Assembly (NCBI GenBank): GCA_051003155.1
Contig: JBPCLO010000026.1
Coordinates: 32,001-96,000 of the forward strand
From: Fimbriimonadales bacterium
GTDB taxonomy: Bacteria; Armatimonadota; Fimbriimonadia; Fimbriimonadales; ATM1
Length of the DNA stretch: 64,000 nucleotides
Reading direction: 5' to 3'
How positions within the stretch are numbered: the first letter of the stretch is position 1; the number at the start of each line of letters is the position of its first letter. A program made the translations under genes and the position numbers. Below are positions 13,291 through 24,093 of this stretch, one piece after another. The notes under the pieces are model-generated. The model made no database searches and was not told the DNA's origin. It saw nothing but the letters and a program-made list of their open reading frames with translations.

Positions 13291-14700
13291 CTACTTAATC
13301 GGCTTCTGCTTCACGTTGCCGAGGCCCTTTTCGGCCATGAGCTTCTCGACTTCCACCACGCTTCTGGGGCAGCCGATTGATAGGTTTATGGGATCGCCTG
13401 CGGTGACGACGATGTCGTCTTCGATCCGAACGCCGATGTTCCACCACTTCTCGTCGCACGGGCTGCCGGCTTTGATATAGATGCCCGGCTCGACCGTGAG
13501 CACCGCCCCGGGCGCGAGCGTCCCGGGCATCGGGTCGTGCACATCGAGGCCGATACCGTGGCCGAAGCCGTGCATGTAGTATCTGCCCAGCTCGTTCGGA
13601 TTCTTAGTGATGCCAAGCTCGATGAGCCCCGTTGCAAGCACTTGGCTGCACTTCTGACCAATCTCGCCCGTCGTCACGCCCGAGCGGCACGCGTCGATGC
13701 CCGCCTGTTGAGATTTGAGCACGAGCTCATAGATCGCGCGCTGTTCCTTCGAAAACTTGCCGTTGATCGGGAAGCTGCGGGTCACATCCGCCGAGTAGCC
13801 GTGGTACTCGCCGGCCGTATCCATGCACATGATGTCGCCCGACTTCATCAGGCGCCGGTTCGTGTTGTAGTGGAGGATCGTGGAGTTTGGCCCCGAGCCG
13901 CATATCGGTGGGTAGCCCGTGTACTCGCACCCCTCCCGGGCGAAAATGTACGATACGAGCGCGCTGATCTCCCACTCGCGCATCTCCGGTTCGATGCTTC
14001 GTAGCGCCTCGATGTGAGCACGGGCGGAGATCTCCGCCGCCTTCTTGAGAAGCGCGATCTCGGCGGGCGATTTGATCTCGCGGAGCTTCGTCACGATCCG
14101 GCTCACCCGCTGCAGGTCGTCGAATCCCGAGTCCGTGCGCCAGGCCCGGTACGCGTTGTGCATCTGACCCATCGTCCCCCGAATGCCCTCCTCGATGTTG
14201 GCGACACCGACCTTCCTGCCGGTTGCGGCCGCGGCGATCGACGGCAGAACGGCGGTGAACTCTGTGTTCGGCAAGGCGGCTTCCATGGCGAGAAGCGCCT
14301 CTGTGTTCTCCGGCCCCATGCGATAGCCCAGCCAAGTTTCGGACATCGAATTGGCTACATTGACGAAAAGAACCTCGGTCACACGCCGGCCCTTGACCTC
14401 CACGCCGTCCGGGATCATCACCAGGGCAGCGTCGGGCTCCTCGAACCCGGTCAGATAGAGGAAGTTGGAGTCGCCGCGGAACTGGAAGTCCACGTCGTTG
14501 TTGCGATTGCGCTCGGGGTTCGTAAAGAACACGGCGAAGGTTCCCGGGCCCAACGCGGCTTTGACCTTCTCGCGTCGCTGCTTATACTCCGCCGGCCAAA
14601 TCTTGTCCGTCTCGAAGACAGGGTAGCCGGGTTTCTGCGCCGACGCGCAGCTGACGAGCAATGTACCGAGTAGGAATAGATGGGCCTTACGCATGATCAT
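13291..14700 (-). CDS. pepP: Xaa-Pro aminopeptidase (M24B), exported
   Basis: FRGDSNFLYLTG, ADVTRSFP, HGIGLDVHD, TVEPGIY, GVRIEDD. Confidence 0.92.
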   Translation of the reverse strand: MIMRKAHLFLLGTLLVSCASAQKPGYPVFETDKIWPAEYKQRREKVKAALGPGTFAVFFTNPERNRNNDVDFQFRGDSNFLYLTGFEEPDAALVMIPDGVEVKGRRVTEVLFVNVANSMSETWLGYRMGPENTEALLAMEAALPNTEFTAVLPSIAAAATGRKVGVANIEEGIRGTMGQMHNAYRAWRTDSGFDDLQRVSRIVTKLREIKSPAEIALLKKAAEISARAHIEALRSIEPEMREWEISALVSYIFAREGCEYTGYPPICGSGPNSTILHYNTNRRLMKSGDIMCMDTAGEYHGYSADVTRSFPINGKFSKEQRAIYELVLKSQQAGIDACRSGVTTGEIGQKCSQVLATGLIELGITKNPNELGRYYMHGFGHGIGLDVHDPMPGTLAPGAVLTVEPGIYIKAGSPCDEKWWNIGVRIEDDIVVTAGDPINLSIGCPRSVVEVEKLMAEKGLGNVKQKPIK

Positions 14701-14820
14701 TGGACACAACATATTTTCCCATTATCGCGCGTTTCGAACGGCGGCTGCCTGCGCCTCCGGCATCACGAGACTGCGCCTCCGGCATCGCGAGTACCAGCGG
14801 GAGTAGACTTTCGTCTTTCG

Positions 14821-15384
14821 ATGGTTGCGGAAGATAATCGAAAGGTCGTATACGTCCTGGGCGGAACGCAAGGCGAGGAGAGAAAGTGCGAGAACGTCGC
14901 CTACTATCACCGTGCAGACCGTCTGCGCGAGGCAGTCGAGCGCCGAGGATTTGAGAGCGAGGTCATATATAGCCGCCGATCCGGCGGCGACAACTCTGTT
15001 GTAATGCGCATGCTGCGTAGCGGCTGGGTCAGGTACAAGTTCTCGGATCACCGAGCGGTATACGCAGCATCTCATGACGATGCCGTGAGGTATAAGAACG
15101 GCGCGACTCCGACGAAATTGCCCGAATCGCTGGCCCTCGGCCGACCTATTCTGAGCGGGGATGCTTACGATACGGCAGGACTTATTCGGCAACTGAGCGT
15201 CGGCTGGGTTGTCGGCAATACGGCGGACGGGGTGGCCGAAGGCATGAATCGGCTTGCCGGAACACCCTCCGCCGAAATTGCGGAGATGGGTAGGCGCGCC
15301 AGATCGGAGGCCGAAAGACACTACGGCTGGGGGACAGTGGGCCAAATCTTTGCGGAAGCTTTAGCCGAGGCTACAAAATTCTGA
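14821..15384 (+). pseudogene. Truncated GT4-like glycosyltransferase remnant
   Basis: PTKLPESLALGRPI and EMGRRARSEAERHYGW match the GT4 C-terminus; most of the enzyme is missing. Confidence 0.5.
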
Positions 15385-15493
15385 CCGCCAAGCGAACCCA
15401 CTCCCCTCAATGTTAGCGATAAGTCAGGCAATGTCCACCAGCTCTGGCTCGGAGAAGACGGCAAGGCATTCTCTGTTCCGGCCCGGATGTCGA

Positions 15494-16216
15494 TCAGCCT
15501 CGCCGAAAACCGACCGAGTAAACCGCCGGCACCGCAATATCGATGATCGGCCATGCCAACAGGGGGACGAGTACTACGGCAGGAACGCGTTTGCCGTACT
15601 TAAAACGAAAATAGTCGGCAGTGATGTTATGCGTATCACCATCGACGTGCTTTTTCATAAGCCCGTCCAATTCTCGTTGCGAAAATCCGGCGTGCGCGCC
15701 CAGTTCGTTTCTGAAACGACCTCGCAAGCGGTCGCGATAGTCCTGCAGGTTCCACTTAATCTTTTGAGCACGCGTCGCTGAAAACGAGCCGATATACCCG
15801 ACGACTCGATGGCGGTTCGGCGTGCCGACATATAAAGCGCCACCGTGTCTAAGGACACGAACTGCCTCGGATAAATGCTTGTTGGGATCACCGACATGTT
15901 CGATTACATGATGCGAGAATATGGCATCGAAGGTTTCGTTTTGGTAAGGTAGATCCAGCGCAGATCCTTCGATCAACTCGAGGCCCGGGCGAGAGCGGGC
16001 GCGCGCAACTTCGGGCAGTTCGATGTCGATTCCTTTGACGTTGCAGGCCAGCCGTTTGGCGAGGAACTCTCCCTCATGCGCCTCGCCGCATCCGGTTACC
16101 AGGAGGTTCGCAACCTTGAGGTTCGGTCGAAGCCGTTCCATGACGCTGATCATATGCTCGGCACCTGCGTGGGTCTCCTTGGTGGTGTATTCCGTTGTGT
16201 GCGCCGCAGACTCCAT
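15494..16216 (-). CDS. Class I SAM-dependent methyltransferase
   Basis: LVTGCGEA, GSALDLPY, FDAIFSHHVIEHV, RVLRHGG. Confidence 0.85.
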   Translation of the reverse strand: MESAAHTTEYTTKETHAGAEHMISVMERLRPNLKVANLLVTGCGEAHEGEFLAKRLACNVKGIDIELPEVARARSRPGLELIEGSALDLPYQNETFDAIFSHHVIEHVGDPNKHLSEAVRVLRHGGALYVGTPNRHRVVGYIGSFSATRAQKIKWNLQDYRDRLRGRFRNELGAHAGFSQRELDGLMKKHVDGDTHNITADYFRFKYGKRVPAVVLVPLLAWPIIDIAVPAVYSVGFRRG

Positions 16217-16261
16217 AGTGCATATTGTAATCGAACCCCCCTGTCAGCCGCGCGTCAGCCA

Positions 16262-16356
16262 GCCTACATCCTTCAAAGTTCTGATACTCCTGCCATATCG
16301 ATTCCCATATCGATGCCGTAGCCGACGACGAACTCATTCGGGATTTTGCGAAGCCA
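16262..16356 (-). pseudogene. Hypoxanthine phosphoribosyltransferase C-terminal remnant
   Basis: Own translation IPNEFVVGYGID then, across frameshifts, QEYQN/LKDV; matches the Hpt motif IPDEFVVGYGLDY..YRNL. Confidence 0.55.
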
Positions 16357-16827
16357 GTTGGTGAACATGCAGCCTTCGAAGGAGCGAGCCTCGTCCCATA
16401 AGTGTTTCTGGTTACGCGAGGGTAGTTTTACCTTGAGCCTGGAACCTTCAAGCGCTGCCTATACTCTTCCTCATAGGCCGGGGTAAGGTCGTGGTCTTCG
16501 GCGGTTAGCTCGTCGGAAGCGGCTGGGACCCCTTCGGCTTGCTTCTTCGGTTCATCCGCGTTCCGTAAAGGGGGGCGGGGATGCGCTCGATGTTCCCCGT
16601 TCCTCGGTCTATCGCAAGTCCGTACGAAAGACCCACCCTGAGACTCTTTTCGAAGTTCGCGGAGATAGCGATGATGATATTGGGCTACGGCTACCGCAGT
16701 ACGTTTAACTCGCGCGGAGCGGCTATGCGATCAATCGGTTCGGGTTCGCAAGGCTATAGGTGACGCTTTGTCTTTTAGGGCGTCTGGAACGGCTCTAACC
16801 TACGCTCGCTGACACAAATGGGCGGAC

Positions 16828-19401
16828 TTAAGACTTCCGTTTTCCCCTGAAACGCTTGGGCGGGCCCGCAGCCTTCTTCCTTTCAAGGAATGCTCTTGCT
16901 TCAGTTTCAGCGAGCGTTGCGGGATCCGTTCCTTTGGGCAACGTCGCATTCGTCTCGCCGTCGGTCACGTAGGGCCCGAATCGCCCGGACATCACTTTGA
17001 GGCCGTTCATCTCCTTGATGATCGATGGCTTGCCGCCTGCGCGTTTGGATTCCTTGGGCTTTGCGAGGAGTTCGAGCGCCTCTTCGAGCGTAACCGTGGC
17101 GGCCTGTCGCCAGTCGTCGAGGTTCCGGTACTCGTTCCCGTGCTTGACGAACGGACCGTAGCGCCCTATCGCTGCCGAAATCTCGTCGCCCGTTTCGGGA
17201 TGCGCGCCGATGGCCCGAGGCAGCAAGGCCAGTTGGGCGGCCATCTCGGGCGTCACTTCCGAGGCGGCAACTCCCGGCGGAAGCGAGATGTTTCTCGGCT
17301 TGTCGTCTCCGTTTGCAGCGACCTGAAGGTAGTCCCCGAATCGGCCCCTTTGCAGCGTGATCTGCCTACCCTCAGGGTCGCTGCCAAGTGTCTCAGGCTC
17401 GGCGCCCTTATCGGAGATCAGCTTGAGAGCGACCTCTTCGGTCATTTCGGCCGGTGCGGTGTCTTCCGGCACGCTCGCGACATTGCCTTGGCCACCCTCG
17501 CCCCGTTGGACGTAAGGGCCATACCTTCCTACCTTTACCACGACTTGGTCGCCGATGCGAATCGATGGGAACTCCGCCTCGGCCTCTCCGATCTTCACGC
17601 GCTCCGCGATTCCGTCGTTCTTCTTGCCGAAGTAGAACTCTCTCAGAGGCTGGTCCCAGCTCATCTCGCCGCGTGCGATGTCGTCGAGCTCGTCCTCCAT
17701 ATGCGCGGTGAACTTCAGATCGACGAGATCGTCGAAATGGGTCTCGAGGAGTTGGGTTACAGCGTACGCGGTGAAGGTCGGCACAAGCTCGTTTTTTCGC
17801 TTAAAGATGTATCCGCGGTCTTGAATGGTGGTGATGACCGTGGCATAGGTGCTCGGGCGGCCGATGCCTTCCTCTTCGAGCTTCTTGACGAGGCTCGCCT
17901 CGGTGTACCTCGCGGGCGGTTTCGTGGAGTGCCCTTCCGCGTCGACGCTCAGCGGCTGGACTTCTTCTCCCTGCGTAAGTGCGGGCAGCAGGACTTCCTG
18001 GTCTTCCAACTCGGCTTCCGGATCGTCCGATCCCTCCACGTAAGCCCGCAGGTAACCCGGGAACAGGATTTGCTTGCCGCTTGCCGCGAACACCATGTCG
18101 GCGACGGTGACCTCGACGTTCGTGCGTTTGATCCTTGCCGGAACCATCTGCGATGCGACCGTTCGCTTCCAAATCAACTCGTATATCTTGTACTGATCGT
18201 CGTCGAGGTACTTGCGAACGTCCTGGGGCCTCCTCGATAGGTCGGTCGGCCGTATCGCCTCGTGCGCTTCCTGGGCGCCCTTCGATTTCGTCTTGTAGCG
18301 TATCGGCCCCGGCGGCAGGTACTCCGCGCCGTACATCTCCTTGATTACCCGCCTGCACTGTTCAAGCGCTTTCTCAGAGAGCGTCACGCTGTCGGTTCGC
18401 ATGTAGGTGATGAGACCCACGCGCTCGCCGCCGAGGTCGATCCCCTCATATAGCTGCTGCGCCACCTGCATGGTTCGCTTGGAGGTGAATCGCAGCTTGC
18501 GGTTGGCCTCTTGCTGGAGTGTAGAAGTGGTGAACGGCGGGTACGGGCTCTGCGTGCCGGGCGACTCGGTGAGCTTTGATATGACCCACGGACACAGGTC
18601 GATCGCCCTTATGGCGAGGTCTCTCGCCCCTTGTTCTGCCAGGAGCCGATGTCTCGTCGACTTGATCGCTCCGGTCTCCGGGTCGAATGCTTTGCCGTCG
18701 GCCAAGAGGGCGCTGCCGATCCGGATCAGCCGGGCCTTGAAGGAGCCGGCCTTTGCCTGTATCTTCGCGACGAGGTCCCAGTAGTCCGACGACCTGAATG
18801 CCGCGCGCTCGCGCTCGCGCTCTACCGTGAGCCGCACCGCAACGCTCTGGACGCGCCCGGCGCTCAGCCCGGGCACGACCTTCTTCCACAATAGCGGCGA
18901 AAGCGTGTATCCAAAGAGCCTGTCAAGGACCCGGCGCGCTTCCTGCGCCTTTACGAGCGAGTCATTAATCTGCCTTGGAGCGCCTAGCGCCTCCTCGATC
19001 GCCTCCTTGGTAACTTCGTGGAATACGATGCGCCGGATATCCATCCCTTTCTTCGGCGACAGGACCTGAAGTATGTGCCAGCTGATGCTCTCGCCCTCAC
19101 GGTCTTCGTCCGTCGCGAGCAGGATGCTGCCGGCATCCTTCATGGCCGCCTTCAGTTTCGCAACGTGCTTCCTTTTGTCAGCCGGAACTACATAAAGCGG
19201 CTCGAACCCCTTGTCGACATTGACACCCAGACGGGCCCATTTCTCTTTTTTGACCGATTCTGGGATTTCGCTTGCATTCTGCGGCAGGTCGCGTATGTGG
19301 CCGATGCTCGCTTCGACGATGTAGTCGTTCCCCAAGAACCGGCCTATGGTTTTTGCCTTGGCCGGAGACTCGACTATGATCAGCTTCTTGCCATTCGCCA
19401 T
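16828..19401 (-). CDS. topA: DNA topoisomerase I
   Basis: IVESPAKAK, ATDEDREGE, ITYMRTD, AHEAIRPT, C-terminal GRYGPY repeats. Confidence 0.98.
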   Translation of the reverse strand: MANGKKLIIVESPAKAKTIGRFLGNDYIVEASIGHIRDLPQNASEIPESVKKEKWARLGVNVDKGFEPLYVVPADKRKHVAKLKAAMKDAGSILLATDEDREGESISWHILQVLSPKKGMDIRRIVFHEVTKEAIEEALGAPRQINDSLVKAQEARRVLDRLFGYTLSPLLWKKVVPGLSAGRVQSVAVRLTVERERERAAFRSSDYWDLVAKIQAKAGSFKARLIRIGSALLADGKAFDPETGAIKSTRHRLLAEQGARDLAIRAIDLCPWVISKLTESPGTQSPYPPFTTSTLQQEANRKLRFTSKRTMQVAQQLYEGIDLGGERVGLITYMRTDSVTLSEKALEQCRRVIKEMYGAEYLPPGPIRYKTKSKGAQEAHEAIRPTDLSRRPQDVRKYLDDDQYKIYELIWKRTVASQMVPARIKRTNVEVTVADMVFAASGKQILFPGYLRAYVEGSDDPEAELEDQEVLLPALTQGEEVQPLSVDAEGHSTKPPARYTEASLVKKLEEEGIGRPSTYATVITTIQDRGYIFKRKNELVPTFTAYAVTQLLETHFDDLVDLKFTAHMEDELDDIARGEMSWDQPLREFYFGKKNDGIAERVKIGEAEAEFPSIRIGDQVVVKVGRYGPYVQRGEGGQGNVASVPEDTAPAEMTEEVALKLISDKGAEPETLGSDPEGRQITLQRGRFGDYLQVAANGDDKPRNISLPPGVAASEVTPEMAAQLALLPRAIGAHPETGDEISAAIGRYGPFVKHGNEYRNLDDWRQAATVTLEEALELLAKPKESKRAGGKPSIIKEMNGLKVMSGRFGPYVTDGETNATLPKGTDPATLAETEARAFLERKKAAGPPKRFRGKRKS

Positions 19402-19492
19402 GATGCGGCATCCGCTTAGGCGGCTGCGGTTCGCTAATCTACCCGCTATCGTTAAACTTTCCGTCGCGATTAAGCGTTAACCAAGTGAACCA

Positions 19493-20884
19493 ATGAGACC
19501 CACCTTCGCTTCGCTGTTGCTTCTCGCTGCCCTGACCTCAGCGTCAGCCGATGCCGAATTCGTCGGAATGTTTATGCAGGGCAAGAGGATTGGATACGTC
19601 CACACTGTGCGATTCCACGAAGCGGACGGTGACCGCACAGTGACATCGTCGAACATCAACGCGATCCTTCTCGGCCAAGCGATGAAGATGGAGATCAAGG
19701 CGGAGTCATGGTCGAAGAAAGGGCGATTGTCGAAACAGGTCTTTGTCGTCGAGAGCGGTGGGCGCAGCCAGCGCATCTCTGCGGTGTATGAAGTCGACAA
19801 GGTTAGCATCACCCGGACGTCCGATGGCGCCACGGACAAAAAGACGGTGCAGATTCCGGACGGTGCACTCGTTATCGACGACCCAACGTTTGGGATTGTT
19901 GGTAAGGGAGCGCCGGAGGTGGGATCGAAACTTGTCTTTTACTCGCTCGATCCGATGCTATTGGAGTTGATCAAGAACGAAGCCGAATTCATGGGTGAGA
20001 AGGAAATCACGGTCGATGGAAAACAAATGAAGGCCTTGCTGATCAAGGTGGTCGATCCCCGCGCGACGACCGATCTCTATGTCGACAAGGCCGGTGAGTT
20101 CGTTTATGCCTCAGGTTTATTGGGCATAACGTTGAAGCCGATCACGCGGCAGGAAGCCCTTGGCGACGAGTCGTATGCGCCGGAAGTAGACTTGGCGACC
20201 GCGACCAAGATTACGCCCGACAGGCCCATCGAGAATCACGAAGATGTTACGCGGCTCGTATTGGAACTCAAGGGCGGCGACCTCAAGCGGCTGAAGAGCG
20301 ATCACTACCAAACCGCTACCCGACTCGACTCAGACACGATCAAGCTCCACATCCATCCGCCCGTCAATGGCTCTGGCATTGCGACGCAGAAGCCGGCGCC
20401 TGAATATCTGGAGCCTGGGCTCAATGTTCCGTCGGGCGATGAAGAATTCATGAGACTGTCGAAGACGATCGTCGGCGATGAAAGAGATCATCACAAGGCC
20501 GCGCTGGCCATTTCTAACGAAGTAAACCAAATCATGAAGCCCAAGGCCAATGTGGGTATGGTCCGCGACGCGCGAGAGATCCTTCGGACGAAAGAAGGAG
20601 TATGCCGCGATTACGCAACATTGGCGACGACTCTGATGCGCGCGGCAGGTATCGCTTCGAAGGTGGTCACGGGGGCCGTCTATTTCGACGGAGCCTTCTA
20701 CTACCACGCATGGGTCGAGGCCTGGGACGGCAAGACCTGGATTGCCATGGACCCGACGCTCGGGGGCGGCCTAGCCGACGCAACGCATATAAAGTTCGCC
20801 GAAGGCAACCCGGATAAAGCCTTTATTAGTTTTACACTCGATGGTGTCAAGATAAGAGTGCTCGATGTCACGCGCAAAAAGTGA
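19493..20884 (+). CDS. Secreted transglutaminase-like protein
   Basis: Signal peptide; GVCRDYA, YHAWVE, MDPT (Cys-His-Asp triad). Confidence 0.85.
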   Translation: MRPTFASLLLLAALTSASADAEFVGMFMQGKRIGYVHTVRFHEADGDRTVTSSNINAILLGQAMKMEIKAESWSKKGRLSKQVFVVESGGRSQRISAVYEVDKVSITRTSDGATDKKTVQIPDGALVIDDPTFGIVGKGAPEVGSKLVFYSLDPMLLELIKNEAEFMGEKEITVDGKQMKALLIKVVDPRATTDLYVDKAGEFVYASGLLGITLKPITRQEALGDESYAPEVDLATATKITPDRPIENHEDVTRLVLELKGGDLKRLKSDHYQTATRLDSDTIKLHIHPPVNGSGIATQKPAPEYLEPGLNVPSGDEEFMRLSKTIVGDERDHHKAALAISNEVNQIMKPKANVGMVRDAREILRTKEGVCRDYATLATTLMRAAGIASKVVTGAVYFDGAFYYHAWVEAWDGKTWIAMDPTLGGGLADATHIKFAEGNPDKAFISFTLDGVKIRVLDVTRKK

Positions 20885-20893
20885 GGGGGGCGG

Positions 20894-21988
20894 TTGAGGC
20901 CACTTAGGGCGGTCTGGATCGCTGTTTGGATGGTTGCCGGAGGTGTTATCGCCGGCTTGGCTTTGCCCTCGATGATGGAGGCCACGTACAGACTCCTGTC
21001 GAACGTCGCCGACCGGCCCGGGGAAGACATCCCTTCGTTTCGCGTTCCCTTTACCCTGGGCGCAACCTTCCTCTTTGGAGCGATCATCCTGGGCTTGGTC
21101 GGCACCTACACGGCGGCGAAAATGGAGGAATGGATCTACCGTTGGGAGCATATGGGAAGCGCCGACAAGATTACGCTCTTCGTCGGCGTCCTTATCGGTG
21201 TCTTGCTAAGCATTCCTTTCCACTTGGTGGCCTTCTTTTTCGGTCCCGTCTTCGTAATCGGCAGCTTCCTCTTTATGATTGTCTTGGTTGCGTTTAGCAT
21301 CGCGATCATGCGTAGCATGCAAGATGCGATGCCTTGGAAAGCCGGAGCGGCGCGCAAAGGCAACACCAAGGTTTTCGATACCAACGTCATTATCGACGGC
21401 CGCATTTACGAGGTCTGCAAGGCTGGTTTCCTCGACGGAAAGTTTTATATTCCGCAGTTCGTCCTTACGGAGTTGCAGGTGATCGCGGACAGTCACGACC
21501 CGAACCGGCGTCAGCGCGGGCGGCGCGGATTGGACATGCTCAAGCACCTTCAGGGAAGCTTCAGCGTCGATATCGGGACGCAAGACCGGCTGGCCGGAGA
21601 CGTAAGCGACCCGGTCGATCAAAAGCTGGTCACACTCGCCCAAGCGCTCGGGGCACAACTAGTCACGAACGATTTCAACTTGAACAAGGTCGCCCAGGTG
21701 CAAGGCGTCTCCGTGCTCAATATCAATGACCTTGCGATGGCGATGCGGCCCGTCGTCTTGCCGGGCGACACCATGCCCGTCGAAATCGAAAGAGTGGGCA
21801 GCCAGCCCGGCCAAGGAGTCGGCTACGTGGAGGACGGCACGATGGTCATAATCGAGCACGGCGAGTACCACTTGGGTGAGCGCATCGACGTTCACGTGAC
21901 GCAAATTCACCAATCGGCGGCCGGCCGGATGATTTTCGCGACGATCGAAGGAAGCGCCGAAGGAAGGGGTCGGCGCCGCCTGCGCTAA
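20894..21988 (+). CDS. Membrane PIN/TRAM-domain protein (YacL-like)
   Basis: TM helices; DTNVIIDGRI, RGRRGLD, TNDFNLNKVA; upstream of ispDF. Confidence 0.92.
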   Translation: MRPLRAVWIAVWMVAGGVIAGLALPSMMEATYRLLSNVADRPGEDIPSFRVPFTLGATFLFGAIILGLVGTYTAAKMEEWIYRWEHMGSADKITLFVGVLIGVLLSIPFHLVAFFFGPVFVIGSFLFMIVLVAFSIAIMRSMQDAMPWKAGAARKGNTKVFDTNVIIDGRIYEVCKAGFLDGKFYIPQFVLTELQVIADSHDPNRRQRGRRGLDMLKHLQGSFSVDIGTQDRLAGDVSDPVDQKLVTLAQALGAQLVTNDFNLNKVAQVQGVSVLNINDLAMAMRPVVLPGDTMPVEIERVGSQPGQGVGYVEDGTMVIIEHGEYHLGERIDVHVTQIHQSAAGRMIFATIEGSAEGRGRRRLR

Positions 21989-23112
21989 TGGCGATTGCCG
22001 TCCTGTTGGCAGCCGGCAATTCGTCTCGGTTCGGTTCGGATAAGCTCCAGGTTGCGATGCCTGAAGGAATGCCTTTGTGGCGAAAATCCTTCGATGCTCT
22101 GAACAGCCATCCGTCGATTTCGGGCGTTGGGATCATTTGCCCCAAAGGTAGAGAATCTGACTTCCATCTACCCGAGGCGTTATTCGTGGTCGCCGGCGGT
22201 GATACGCGTAAAGACAGCAGCCTCATCGGCGTCGCTGCCACACCGGAAAATGCAGATATCGTTTTGGTTCACGACGCGGCCAGGCCCTACGTCGACGCCA
22301 AGCTGATCGAAGCGGTGATTCTTTCGGCCAGCGCGCACGGCGCAGCGATCCCGGGGATGCAGGTTCACGACACTATTGTGCGCGGCGACGAGTGGGTCGA
22401 CGCGTCATTGGACCGCGAGCTCCTGTTTCGCGCTCAAACGCCGCAAGGAGCACGCCGCGATTGGCTATTAGACGCTCTTACAAGGGCGACACACGCGACG
22501 GATGAAGCTTCGGCGCTAAGGGCGGCCGGATACCCGGTAAAACTCGAGCCCGGCAGTGCGGGCAACATTAAGGTGACGTTGCGAACAGATTTGCCCAGGT
22601 GGAGCGCAACCATTACTGTGACGGGTTTCGGATACGATGTCCACCGATTCTCGGATGACCCGGAAAGGCCGCTTATCTTAGGAGGTGTCCGTTTCACAGG
22701 ATCGAAGGGCCTTCAGGGGCATTCGGATGCCGATGTCGTTTTGCATTCGGTCACCGACGCTCTCCTGGGCTCGTGTGGTTTAGGAGACATCGGACAGCTC
22801 TTCCCGGACGCAGACCCTGCGTGGCACAATGCCGATAGCCTAGTATTTCTGAGAGAAGCGGCGAGGCTAGTTTCATCGAAAGGCGGCATAATCGCCGCCA
22901 TCGACATCACCGTTTTGGCAGAGACGCCCAAACTGGGTGAAGCTCGCGAGCAGATCCGTGCAATATTGTCGAATGAGCTTGGCGTCGCACAAAGTAATAT
23001 AAACGTCAAGGCGACAACGATGGAGGGTCTCGGAGCTATCGGGAGAAAAGAGGGTATAGCCTCCATGGCCGTTGCTACCGTCATCCGCCCACTTTCTCAT
23101 TTCGAGGTGTAA
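21988..23112 (+). CDS. ispDF: Bifunctional IspD/IspF
   Basis: LAAGNSSRFG, VHDAARP, QTPQ; GYDVHRF, GHSDADV. Confidence 0.95.
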   Translation: MAIAVLLAAGNSSRFGSDKLQVAMPEGMPLWRKSFDALNSHPSISGVGIICPKGRESDFHLPEALFVVAGGDTRKDSSLIGVAATPENADIVLVHDAARPYVDAKLIEAVILSASAHGAAIPGMQVHDTIVRGDEWVDASLDRELLFRAQTPQGARRDWLLDALTRATHATDEASALRAAGYPVKLEPGSAGNIKVTLRTDLPRWSATITVTGFGYDVHRFSDDPERPLILGGVRFTGSKGLQGHSDADVVLHSVTDALLGSCGLGDIGQLFPDADPAWHNADSLVFLREAARLVSSKGGIIAAIDITVLAETPKLGEAREQIRAILSNELGVAQSNINVKATTMEGLGAIGRKEGIASMAVATVIRPLSHFEV

Positions 23113-23117
23113 TTAGA

Positions 23118-23654
23118 ATGGAACTATTGGTAAGAAACGCCGAAGGCAATGTGCCCCAATCGCAACGAGACTACGCAGCCAAGAGACTGAGCAAACTCGA
23201 ACGGTTTTTCAAGAAGGCGACCAAGGTCGAAATGGTCCATTCCGAGCAGAAGGGTGAGCACAGGCTCGAAGTCACTGTGTTTGCGGATAACTTCACCATT
23301 CGCGGCGACGAGCACGACACTTCCTTGCACGCTTGCATCGACAAGGTCACCGAAAAACTGGAAACGCGCCTCAAGAAGCTTAAAACGCGTATTGTCGACT
23401 CTCACCGGCGGGGTGGCATAAAGGAGCTGCCGCCGGCACTCCTGGAGCCACACGACATCGAACCGCACGAGGAGCGCCCGATTATCGAAAGGAAGGTCTT
23501 CACGGTAAAAGACATGTCGATCGAGGAAGCCAGTCTGCAGATGGAATTGGTCGACCATCCTTTCTTCGTCTTCAGAAACGAAGATTCCGGGAGTTTCTCC
23601 GTTCTCTATAAGCGACGTGACGGTAACTACGGGTTGCTGGAGCCAGAGCTTTAG
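23118..23654 (+). CDS. hpf: Ribosome hibernation factor (long HPF/RaiA)
   Basis: HPF N-domain plus MSIEEASLQMELVDHPFFVF..YKRRDGNYGL. Confidence 0.92.
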   Translation: MELLVRNAEGNVPQSQRDYAAKRLSKLERFFKKATKVEMVHSEQKGEHRLEVTVFADNFTIRGDEHDTSLHACIDKVTEKLETRLKKLKTRIVDSHRRGGIKELPPALLEPHDIEPHEERPIIERKVFTVKDMSIEEASLQMELVDHPFFVFRNEDSGSFSVLYKRRDGNYGLLEPEL

Positions 23655-23689
23655 CGGGCTCCGAACTTCCCCCCATGAATTCGATCGAT

Positions 23690-24090
23690 CGAGACGAAAC
23701 AACATCGTGCTCGGTGACTGCCTCGACATCCTACGCAACCTACCGGCAGCTGATCTACAACGATCCTCCGTTCAACACGGTCGAAATGTTAAAGACGGAT
23801 TTCAGTCAAGGTTCGCTGCCGAAGTGAACGGACGCGCCTCGTTTTCAGAGGGAAGCATTATCGAGCGGAAAGGCTTGGGGAGCAGCCGTATTCAGACCGG
23901 CATGAGGGCTACCTTGACTCTTTCGAACTCCGTCTGCGTGCACTCCGTGGCCGGTGACTCGGTGTTGGACTTCTTCGCTGGCAGCGGCACGACCGGATAA
24001 GCCGCGGCTAAGAACAATCGCTTATTCTCCCTCGTCGACTCAGACCCGGAAGCGATGGCCATCATGAAGAAGCGGCTCGGGCGGTTCTTG
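23690..24090 (+). pseudogene. Decayed site-specific N4/N6 DNA methyltransferase
   Basis: GDCLDIL, out-of-frame LIYNDPPFNT, VLDFFAGSGTTG followed by an in-frame TAA, then AAAKNNR; central region largely deleted. Confidence 0.75.
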
Positions 24091-24093
24091 CCC

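Noticed and set aside
20894..23654. PIN-domain gene as a toxin-antitoxin or defence module
   Set aside because: Ordinary YacL-ispD-ispF conserved neighbourhood
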